From positions 28,708,001 through 28,772,000 of the forward strand of contig CM052816.1 in assembly GCA_028534125.1 (NCBI GenBank): DNA of 64,000 bases. The letters run 5' to 3'. The DNA is from Lama glama (Eukaryota). The position numbers and the translations under genes are program-made. The notes under the pieces were generated by a model. That model saw nothing but the letters and a program-made list of their open reading frames with translations. It was not told the origin of the DNA and did no database searches. Positions 53,396-64,000 of this stretch are shown piece by piece. Positions within the stretch are counted from its first letter, which is position 1. Each line of letters opens with the position of its first letter.

Positions 53396-53676
53396 ACAAC
53401 AGACTGTGGACTGCAGCTCATTCTAGGAACACACACAAAAAAATGTCTTGAAGAAACAGTTTCCTCAGAAGTCTCTAAATTAATTCAGATCATTCTGAAA
53501 AATACCCCAAATTGGCTCTGAACCCCCATGATGTCTCATGACTCAATCAGTTACACATTCACCTTGCTATTTAACTACAAACGTTTTCTGGGAAACTGGT
53601 TAACTCATTCAGTTTTCTCTATCTTCCGTAATATAACCAAGACTTTAAAAGTAGGCTTGCTAATTTTAACTCTTTA

Positions 53677-53760
53677 TTTTTTAAATTGAAGTACAGTCAA
53701 TTACAATGTGTCAATCTTTAGTGTACAGCACAATGTCCCAGTTATGCATATACATACATA
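53677..53760 (-). mobile_element. Ultra-short LINE-1 3'-terminal insertion with 11-bp TSD
   Basis: TTTTTTAAATTGAAGTACAGTCAATTACAATGTG...TGTACAGCA, with TTAACTCTTTA at 53666-53676 and 53761-53771. Confidence 0.85.
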
Positions 53761-56204
53761 TTAACTCTTTAATACCTTCTAATCTGATGGGGGGGGTGGT
53801 TAAGGAGGTACAAAAATTTTAGTAAGACATTCAGTGATATATTTTGGGGGGAGTGTGACACAGTCTCTTTCCTTGCATTATGTAATTTTAGAATGGCATT
53901 TCAGAACCTTACTTTTCAATTTCTATCAGTCACCAGTACAATGAAACCCAACACTGTGTCAGCAAAATGTAATGTTCAAACCAAGGGATAATACATTGGA
54001 AGACTTTCTTCTTTTACTTTATGAGATTCTGCATTTTGATCAGAAGATGTTTTTAGGTTAACATGCAACCCTTTTCAAATTTCCTAGGGTACTGCTGATG
54101 GGAAATAACAGCAAGTTGGAAATTTAGTATTTTTAGATTGAAATGTTATATATGTAGTGTTATGAAAGAAAACTGGAACTTTGTAGTGTATTCTTGCTTT
54201 CCTCAACTTTTCTGTAGTCTAAGTCTGGGACAATGGACTAAAACTATTTCAACACTTTGATTAATGCAGACTATTTGACTTTCTCTTCCCTTTTGTCCTG
54301 TATAACACAGGCTGAGTCATAGGTATGATGGCAGGACTACCTACCACTAGACTGACAACACTACTGACGGAAGGAGAATCAAGAAGGAAGATTACTGAGA
54401 TCACAGAGGCAAGGGTTTATCGATGGTATAAAATACAAACTACTTTCTTATTATACACTTGTAATTTGCATAAAACAAATACATTATTAGATGGTAACTA
54501 TGATTATTTTTAAGTATTATACTTTCATTGAGTTTTACAATTAAGTTTTAAATCTCTAATGAGTTAAATGTAAGTAATTAATTAAATCTCAAAATAATAG
54601 TGAAGATTGTGAGGGGATGGTGAATAGTGAACTCTGAAATTATTTTTAGGCCAAAAAGCATTTAATATACTGAAAAACAAATACCACCTGAAATTAGCTT
54701 GGAACAATCTTGAAAATTTTTTCAAGTTGTAATATTGAATTTTGTACACTGAAAGCAGTTGTTTCAGATTTTATGCTAAACAATGAAATCTCACAGAAAC
54801 AAAAAAAGAGAAATGGTGGTCTTCAAAGTCCTCTTGGATATAGAAAAGACTCTTTTCCCCGAAGTTTTGTTTCTTCTTGATTTAAATGGGAACAGGTTAA
54901 TTAGCAATCAGGCACCCACAGAAGCTTTGTTCTTCCATTAATTACATTTTCCCGATAATGCAACTAACTGTACAGTCATTGTAGGGCTTGTCTCATTATA
55001 GGAAGCCTTATTTTCTCATCCCTGGAATGATTATAAATCATTTGGGCTCGTTTCTGGGGGTGAAGTACTATTAATATTCATTAAACATTCAAATAATGTC
55101 ACCAAGATATGTAAAAATTAAATTGTATTTTTAAAAAGGACCAACTGGGTAATTTTGATTTACACAAGAAAATCCTCTACATAGACCAGCTAAATATTTT
55201 ATTTGCCAAGTAACAGATGCTGCTAAAGAATACTCATACCCTCATCCTCTTGGAAAACAAAAGAATTTAGTTACTACGTGGCTGAAAAGTGAAAGGCAGC
55301 ATGGAACATCCAATTTACAGAGCATTTTAGTTCATTGGTTCGGATTCTAGTCATATCTTATCAATTACATTGAGGTGATTTATTTAACATATAATTACTA
55401 ATTAATAATCACTTAAGTATATAAATAGCTTTATCTTGAATGAAAAACTACATTAGTAGACCTTTTAAAAGCTCATGATTCAAATAAAAATATGTCACAT
55501 CCACTGAGAGATTAGCATTAAAACTGGAGGGGAAAATGTGCTTTTAAATAGTTTTACTTAAGGGTACTAAGTATATTTTGATCCCCAAATGGTTGTTAAT
55601 TATGAGTTACTAACTTAATTAAACCTTAATTAGAGTTAGTTACTCTAATGTTTGAGAGTGAATTTAACCACAATAATTGTTACATGAAAGGAAAGGAACT
55701 CTAATATTTATAGAGTCCCTACACTATGCCAGATATTGCGCTATGAGCATTCCCATAGATATTATTTAATCCCCAAATACTACTTTGTTCAGAGAATTGC
55801 TGTGCCCACTTGATTGGGTAAACAGCTCCCCTGACAACAAAAGTTCTCCATACTCTTGACTTTAATTACTTTTCAAACTTTTTACCTCTAACATATGCTG
55901 CTGCCTCTAGTGTAACCGTCCCACAACACAGTTACTACCATCTTCATGACTCAGCAGTTTTCCCTCCTGGAATCACTGATCTCTCTCTTCCTCTCCACTA
56001 CTTGAAATACCTTCTAGGCACCCAAGGGTCACTGCCATCAACCCTTATCCCAATTAATTATCTTATATAAATTCACAAGGCATGTCAGTATTTCTACAGA
56101 GTGCTTGGCAATGATAATTTTCAACACTAGATTTCATTATTTAACACCAAAGGGAAAAGATGGAACAAAATTATTTTATTACTACCTAATATCAGATTTA
56201 AAAA

Positions 56205-58437
56205 ATTTTAATAGAATTTATTTTTAGAGCAGTGTTAGGTTTACAGAAAAATGAGCAGATGGTAAAGAATTCTCATATACCAACTCTTCACCTTTCAGTT
56301 TCCTCTATTATTAATATTTTGCATTAATGAAGCACCTATGTTGCAATTGATGAAAAAATATTGGTACATTAATACTGATATATTATTTTTAACTCAAGTC
56401 CATAATTTATAGTAGGATTCTCCCTTTGTGTTGTACATGCAGTACTACAGATTTTGGCAAATGTATAATATCATGTATGCACCATTACAGTATCATACAG
56501 AATAGTTCACTGGACTATAAATCCCTTGTGCTCCACATGTCTCTATAATTTTGTCTTTTTCAAAGTGTCATACAGTTGGAATCATACAGTATGTATGATT
56601 TCCAGGCTGACTTTTTTTATTCAGCCCTGTGCATTTGAGGTTTCTCCCTATCATTCCATGGCTTGATAGCTCATTTTTTAAAATTCCTGAGTAATGTTTC
56701 ACTGTGTGGATGAACCACAGTTTCTTTATCCACTCAACTAAAGAAGGGCATGTTGGTTCCTTTGCTTGCTGGCAATTACAAATAAAGCTGCTATACACAT
56801 CTGTGTGTAAGTCTTTTTGTGGCCATAATTTTTAAAGATAGTTAAGTAAATAACTGGGAGTGCTGGATCCTATTATAAAAAGAATATGATTAGTTTGTAG
56901 GAAAATTCCAAACTGTCTTTCAAAGTGGCTGTACAAATCGACAATCTCACCAGCAGTGAAAGAGAGTTTCTGTTGCTCTATATCCTCATCAGCATTTGGC
57001 ACTGTCAGTTTTTGGTTTTTGTTTGGTTTTTTAATTTCAGCCATTCTAATATATGTGGAGTGGTATCTCACTGTTTTACTTTGCAATGTCCTAATGAGCA
57101 TATTTCCATATGCTTATTTGCCATCCATACATCTTCTATAGTGAGCAGTTGGTTCAGTTCTTTTACCCTTTTTTTTAAAATTATTGAGTTTTAACTGTTC
57201 TTTAAGTATTTTGAATGTATGACCTTTATTGGATGCTTTTTGTAAATATTTTCTCTGTCTGTGGCTGTCTTTTTATTCTCTTAAAAGAGTCTTTTTAACA
57301 GAGCAAAATTTTTATAATTTTAATGAAGTCCAGCTTATCAAAAATTTTTATAGATAATACTTATAGTGTCCTAAATAAAAACTCATCAAATTTAAGGTCA
57401 CCTAAATTGTATCCTGTTATTTTCTAACAACTTTATAGTTTTGCATATTCATTTAGATATATGATACATAATAAGTTAGCTTTATGTCAAAGATGTAAGA
57501 TTAGGTTTTTTTCACATGTGGATGGTGGATGTCCAGTTGATGCAGCATCCCTTGTTTAAAAGACTATTCTTTTTCCATCAAATTGCTGCAGCAACTTTGT
57601 CAAAGAACACTTCACTCTATTTGATGGTTGTCTCTCTAGACTTCTCAACTGTTTTTCAATGATCTATATGTCTATTCTTTCACCAATACCATGGTGTCTT
57701 GATTCTAGCAGTTTTACAGTAAGTCTTGAAGATAGATGTCATTCTTTTGACTTTTGCCTTTTCATATGATCTTTAGAATCAGTTAGTCAATATTCACAAA
57801 GTAACTAGGTCGAGAAGAATTGACATTTTAACAATACTGAGTCTTCCTAGATATAAACTTGGAATATCTCTCCATTTGTTTGAATCTTCTACGACTTCTT
57901 TCATTAGAGCTCTGTAGTTTTTCACAAATATATCTTGTACATATTTTGTTAGATTACTATCCAAACATTTAAGTTTTCCATGCTAATATAAATTATATTG
58001 TGTCTTTAATTTCAAATTCTAACTGTTCATTGCTGATACACAGGAAAGCAATTGTCTTTTTACATTAACCTTATATCCTATAACCATGCTATATTCACTT
58101 ACTAGGCAGGAGTTTTTTGGTAAATTATTTGTATTTTCTAGATAAATGTCATCTGTGGACAGTTTTATTTCATCTAATTTAATCTGTATAACCTTATTTC
58201 TTGTCTTGTCTTCTTGCATTTGTTAGAACATCCAGCATGGTGTTAAACAGGAATGGTGAGAGGAAACATCCTTGTATTGATTCCAATCTTAAGGAGAAAG
58301 CACATTGTTCCTCATGATTAAGTATGTTAGCTGAAAGTTTTGTTTTTGTTTTTGTAAATGAAATGTTCTTTATCATGTTGAGGAAGTTTCTTTTTATTCT
58401 TAGTTTGCTGGAAGTTTTTAACCATGTTGGGTTCTGG

Positions 58438-58493
<56 letters not shown>

Positions 58494-58600
58494 TAGCTAT
58501 TGATACGATCATAGAATTTTTCTGCTGATGTTACGGGTTACAGTAATTTTTTAAATTAATTAATTTTTGAATGTTGGATTAGTCTTGCATTTCTGGTGAA
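56205..58600 (-). mobile_element. LINE-1 (L1MC-like) 3' UTR and ORF2 RT region
   Basis: TTTTAGAGCAGTGTTAGGTTTACAG at the 3' end. ORF pieces QGCFLSPFLFNTMLDVL and IKLSTDDIYLEN correspond to the RT motifs QGCPLSPLLF and LFADD. Confidence 0.92.
58440..58488. repeat. (TA)n microsatellite within L1
   Basis: Read directly from the sequence. Confidence 0.97.
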
Positions 58601-59139
58601 TTCTAGCTAAACTTAAGAGGAGAAATGATAAAAATTCTCCACATTTTTTTTCTGAAAGTATCAATGTAAAAATTAACTTAAAGACCAACTCTGATCACAT
58701 TACTTCCTTTCTTAAAAGTTTCCATAAAAATAGACTCATTAGCCTAATATTCATGGACTATTACAATCAAGGCATGGGTTCTATTTCCAAACCCTGCTAA
58801 TTCCTCTGTCTTAGAGAGACATTTCCCAATCATTCTTTCAATCCCAGCTTAATAAATACTGCTTTCTCTAGGTACCTTTCTTATAACAAATGCTTGCTTG
58901 AATGAATGAACAACAGTGGAATGCAATATCACTTTCCTCAAAAGATTTTGTCTCCTCTTATGGCACATCTCTCCTTCTATTGTAAATTATAATTTACAAA
59001 ACACATTAATTATTTTCTCTGTGAGAGTCTTCAGGTAGGTTCATTGCTGCTGTCACTGGTTACCATGTATAATTAGAATAACCAGGGTTATTGTTAGAGG
59101 ACAGCAAATGTAAATGTTGTATGTACCGACTAGTCTTTT

Positions 59140-59460
59140 CAGTACTACTTCCAGTATAGAGCCAGGTCCAAAGCCTCTTTCAGGAGACTGCTCTCCGTCT
59201 TCCTTGGCCAACATAATTACAGAAGCAACCCCTCTCCTACTTCAATTCTGGTTACTTTCTATTCCATTCCCTTGATTTATTTCCCTCATTGTTTTATCAC
59301 TCCTTGAAATCATCTCGTTTGTTTACTTGCTTAATTTCTCTTATTCTCACTCCAAACTGAAAGCTCTTTGGAAATATTGTCATGTGTTCCTTTGTTTCAC
59401 ACAGTGCCTGACACACAGTTGGCAGGCAGTAACTATTGAATGAATGAATAACTGAATGAA
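59140..59460 (+). mobile_element. LINE-2 3' end fragment
   Basis: CACAGTGCCTGACACACAGTTGGC...TATTGAATGAATGAATAA. Confidence 0.7.
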
Positions 59461-60191
59461 TATCTGCCTATGTGTTCTACTCTAATCTAGTTAGGAAAGA
59501 GAAAAGAATAAAAATAATGATAGAGAAGGCAACCTCTTAGACATGGCGAATGAAAGATGGTCCTGTAGTGAGGTACAGGTAGGCTGAAGAGCTCTGCTTT
59601 CCCGCATCAAGGAAGGTAAGTAGTCTCTACACTTCGCTGCTAAATGTTTTCCAGGAAGCCAGTAAACCCTACCGGTGGCATCCGTGGCTTGGTACTTCTC
59701 ATTTTCCCTGCTGGTATCACCACGTCCTAGCTTAAGACATAATGTGAGCAACTACTGCTAGCAAATAAAATCCAGCCGAGGCAAACCAAAGGGAATTGAG
59801 CTGGCAAAGAAGATGACAACAATAACTAGGAATCAGGAACCTCAGGTACATGAGAGAAAGGGTTTGGAGGTTGTTTAACTCCCAGAAAAGGATTCATTGT
59901 TAAAATAATAAAATGCTTCCATTGCCAGAAGTGCTATTTCACAAGAAAAGCATAAAAAATGCTAGGCAACTTTTATTATCTAATTGAATCTAAACTGCTT
60001 AGTCTTATTTCCCTTAACTCCATATCCTAATAAACCAGTGGTTCTCAAAATTTAGAAGCATGGAAAACAGCTTGTGAAAAACAAACACACGTGTATGTGC
60101 GTGTCTCTGTGTTTATGTATGATAGGTGTATATGGAATGGCTATATGGTTAGATAGATAGATAGATATATTTAAAACTCAATAGTTATATA

Positions 60192-60815
60192 CATTTAATT
60201 CTCATTGTTTGTGGTAGTCATGTTCTATAAAGTCACCAAGAACACTGAATTAGTGAATACAGAATTATTACTTCTACAGGAAGTACAGGGTTAGGCTCCA
60301 GTGAGCCTCTGGTAATATTTTCCTCCACTAATAATTCATAACCTTGGTTTATGTGTGTTTCTGTTTAAAGACATTTTATGTATATTGTTGGCTCTTTAAC
60401 ATTGAGCAACACTATAACTCATACCTGATTGACGCTTAGCTAATATAAATACTTCTTTCATAAGGCACAACACAGCTTTTGTGCACTTAGGAACACTAGA
60501 CAGCATTTCAATACAACATTTGGAAGCCATTTTAAACAGAAAAATCACATCACAAATAGCACAAAAATGTGAGAAATGTGACACTAAGTAGACTGTGACA
60601 TGGACACATTTACACTGTGAAAGCCAAAAGAAGAAAAAAGAGCGTCGCCTTGTTTGGCCTCAGCTGGGAATGTGTGCATGGGACCATTTCAAATTTTTCT
60701 CCACTCTGTGCAGATGGATGGCCACAAATCATCACAAATATTGATTTGGAACTTACAAGTAATTTTGTGCAAGTAGGCAAATTCACAAAAACAAAATCCA
60801 TGAATAACAAGGGTG
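60192..60815. mobile_element. MER82 (Tigger-family DNA transposon)
   Basis: ATGTTCTATAAAGTCACC...AACACTGAATTAG...CTTAGGAACACTAGACAGCA...GAGCGTCGCCTTGTTTGGCCTCAGCTGGGAA. Confidence 0.88.
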
Positions 60816-61554
60816 TGTGTGTGTGTGTAAATTCTGAGAGAGGAAGAATGAAAGATATATTTGAAGGTTGGTATATGCATAAAATAGGTAGCAATAAAGT
60901 AATTTTCCTTTAAAATTCTGTTGCTGATTAATTAAACAATCCCTGCTTTCAGTTTACTTGGAAATATCAGTGGCTTAAGAGAACTTGACAAACTCTAAGT
61001 ACAAAGTATATGAAAACATAATTACCTCCAACATTACTCTCCATCTCTGGAAATGGAAATAGGTGAAAATGATATTAATAACAAAAAATTTATTTCTAGC
61101 ACTGCCAAGAACCAATCCAGTCATTGTCAGTCTTTGTCAATTTTCTTTTGCTTTAAGTTCTCATGTCACTGAATTTCTGCTTCTTTAACACTTTGGATAG
61201 ACGGTTACGACATATATTTCTAACTCAGGATGACAATTTTAGAAGATGGACCACAGAGTTGTTAAGTCTAATGAAATCATAAGGCAAGAATTAAAAAAAT
61301 AGCCAGAAATCAGTTCATAATGTTGAAGATGAAGTTAAAAGGGATAATGCTTTAATTATGAAATACAAGCCACTAACCTAGTCTCTGACAGGATTTGGTG
61401 GTAGAAGTGAATTCTTTTAGCATTATAGTTAGAAAAAAATATGGAAGGAGAGAAGAAGGGAGTCATCACTTACTTCACCACTGCAAATTATCTTCAAAAT
61501 TATTTAGGAAAATAAAATGACATTCTGAAGTCACATATTAAAAAAATGAAAAAA

Positions 61555-62275
61555 ACTTTGGGAGGCAGTTTGGCCGTTTCCAGAAACGTAAACTTACTCT
61601 TGCCAGTCTCACAATTATGCTGCTTGGGATTTACCCAAAGGAGTTGAAAACATGTCCACACAAAAACCTGCACACGAATGTTTACAGCAGTTTTATTCAC
61701 AATTAGTAAAACTTGGAAGCAACCAAGATGTCTTTCAGTAGGTGAGCTAAACAAACTGTGGTATTTCTAGACAATGGAATATTATTGAGTGCTAAAATGA
61801 AATGAGCTATCAAGCCATAAAAAGACATAGAGAAAACTTAAATGCATATTGCTAAGTGAAAGAAGCCAATCTGAAAGGCTACATAGTTTATGATTCCAAC
61901 TATAGGACACTGCAGAAAAGGCAAAACTATGGAGACGGTTAAAAAAAAAGTCAGAGATTGCCAAGCTTGGGTCAGGGGAGATGGATGAGTAGGCAGAACA
62001 CAGAGGATTTTTATGGCAGTAAAAACACTCTGTGTGATCCCGTAATGATGGATACACCATCATACATTTGACCAAACCTATAGAAAACACAGCACCAAGA
62101 GCAAATTGTAACATAAACCAGGAACTTTGGGTGATTATGCTGTATCAATGTAGATTCATAAATTGTAATAAATGTACCACTCTGGTGGGGGATGTTGATA
62201 TGAGAAATCTCTGGAAGCTTCTGCTGAATTTCTCTGTGAACCTAAAACTGCTCTAAAAAAAGTAGTCTTTTAAAA
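61555..62275 (+). mobile_element. LINE-1 (L1MC-like) 3' end
   Basis: GTCCACACAAAAACCTGCACACGAATGTTTACAGCAG...GTGAACCTAAAACTGCTCTAAAAA. Confidence 0.9.
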
Positions 62276-63054
62276 ATATTTTTAATTAAGCAAATGAAAG
62301 AATAATAAAAGTGAGTGTTTCCAAATGAAGATATAATAGCACTGGGAAATTAAATTATTTAATCAGGAATCAGTTAAGGGCAGTGCTTTTCTAGTGAGTT
62401 ATATAGATTCTCTAAAGAGAAATTAATTAATTAAGAAATTTAATTAATGCATCAAGTGGACAAAATTCAGTCAAGTAATCATCTTCAACAATTTGTGATA
62501 ATTCTTTTTACTACTGTTATAAATGCCACTTAGAGGCTCAGTCTTCCTTGCCATCCAACAGTGATCTGAACTTTGCCAGGATGAGTAAACATCAGAAATA
62601 AAATGGTCTACCAATGCCAACTTGTAATTAAACATTGAACTAATCATTCTAAATTGAATGTTTGTGCAAAAACTACACAACATAGGAGGTGGTAGGAAAA
62701 AGCAAACATTATAAAACAAAGAATTGATTTTACAATTCTTTGGTTTCTGTGTTATGAATTAAATATATAAAGTAATTCTGGAGAAAGAACAATGCCCAAA
62801 GCAGACACAAAACTACTGAAATTCTGATTTAGGTTAGATCTGATTTTTAAAAAACCTTAACCCCCCCCCATCCACCCCTCCACATTATTCCTTTGTCAAT
62901 TTGAGAAATCTTCAGAAAGTCATAATGGGAGGAGTTTTATTTAAAAAATAAAATTTGGAAAAACCTGAAATAAAACTTGAAGCATGGGAAAAATTTACCA
63001 AGGTTAAAAAAAAAAACCTTCACTGATAGTTACAGCTTAATTTTAAAACAATAT

Positions 63055-63285
63055 AATAATGATATGGATTGATTGCTTATCACAAGTGAGGCATTATTCT
63101 AAGGACTTTACAAATAATTATTGCTTAAAAATACCAAATGTAGATGTTATTAGTATGCCAATTTGATAGATAAGGGAACTGTGGTTTAGAGAGGTTAAAT
63201 AACTTGCCTATGGTCATAAGGCAGGTAACTGCTGGAGTCAGGAATTGAACTCTACAGCTCAGTCTCTTAACCACTACCAGGACTG
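63055..63285 (-). mobile_element. MIR SINE
   Basis: GGAACTGTGGTTTAGAGAGGTTAAATAACTTGCCTATGGTCA...CTTAACCACTA. Confidence 0.8.
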
Positions 63286-63779
63286 CAAAAGTTTTCTCTG
63301 ATGCACCAGGCAGCAAACAACATTTTCTTAACTAACACTCTTAGCCAGAACATTCTACATTCATTCTATGATCATCTAACCCTTTCATCTTCCTTGCATT
63401 CCTTCCTACTCCCACCATTTTCTCCTCCATCCCTTCTTTTTTCCCTCTTTTAACCCGATTACTTTCCAATCATCTTCTTCCCCATATTTCACAGGTGATC
63501 ACAGGGAACTAAAATACATTTTATCACATAAATTAAACGATATTGTGGTCCACTTCATACTGTTCAGCCCCTAAAAACGTAACAGGTTGTTTATCAGATT
63601 TCCTGTTTTTCTCTTAATATTGCAGGAGAGATGCCAAGTTAGTGACCTTTGTTAGGCAAAGGTTCCATGGCTATGTCCTATGTAGACCTTAGTCACACAA
63701 CAGATTGAACTGGGAGCCAAGAACAACAGATAATTAGGACGATTATAGAGCTCAACATTGAATAAACTCATCTAATACA

Positions 63780-63950
63780 ACAGGCTGAAAACTGGTAGTA
63801 TTTAGGACAAATGTGGCTCAAAGAAGTGTTTTATTTGTCCCACACTGCATTTTAAACTTTTTAAAATTTGTTAGAAATGTTTACAAATCGATTACATAAG
63901 AAAATCTGAATTTCTGGTTTCTTTTGATAAATTAAATCTGGCAATGCTAT
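63780..63950. mobile_element. hAT-Charlie MITE (MER102-like)
   Basis: AAAATCTGAATTTCTGGTTTCTTTTGATAAATTAAATCTGGCAA resembles the MER102 end. Confidence 0.55.
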
Positions 63951-64000
63951 TTCTGATTTTTCAGGACAATAATCAGATGACGTTGAATAACAATTTCTAG

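Noticed and set aside
56205..62275. Oppositely oriented L1MC-like pieces as one inverted element
   Set aside because: Both carry their own 3' ends and they are separated by about 3 kb of other sequence, so they are independent insertions.
59560..63700. Plus-strand donor (AAG|GTAAGT near 59615) and acceptor (TTGCAG near 63625) as a spliced gene
   Set aside because: All three frames after the acceptor close within about 25 codons, and isolated splice-like motifs are common.

Overview
AT-rich mammalian intronic or intergenic DNA, probably from a camelid. That inference rests on three tRNA-derived SINEs resembling the camelid Vic-1 family and on finding no Alu, B1 or Bov-tA. I found no intact protein-coding gene; ORF-track entries are chance ORFs, simple-repeat translations or broken L1 ORF2 pieces. 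The window is a mosaic of decayed L1, L2, MIR, MaLR/ERVL/ERV1 LTR fragments and hAT/Tigger DNA transposons, with microsatellites, short tandem duplications, a ~500-bp purine tract and one 99-N gap. The best-supported specific observations are: a near-perfect U2 snRNA retrocopy that keeps a pre-U2 3' trailer, an old U6 retrocopy, an L1 with twin-priming inversion geometry, a MER41-like LTR fragment with a STAT-like site, and a TSD pair bracketing the gap. A possible decayed minus-strand two-exon unit is speculative. I cannot support a novel biological system from this sequence. Repeat subfamily names come from my recollection of consensus sequences, and most repeat boundaries are approximate.
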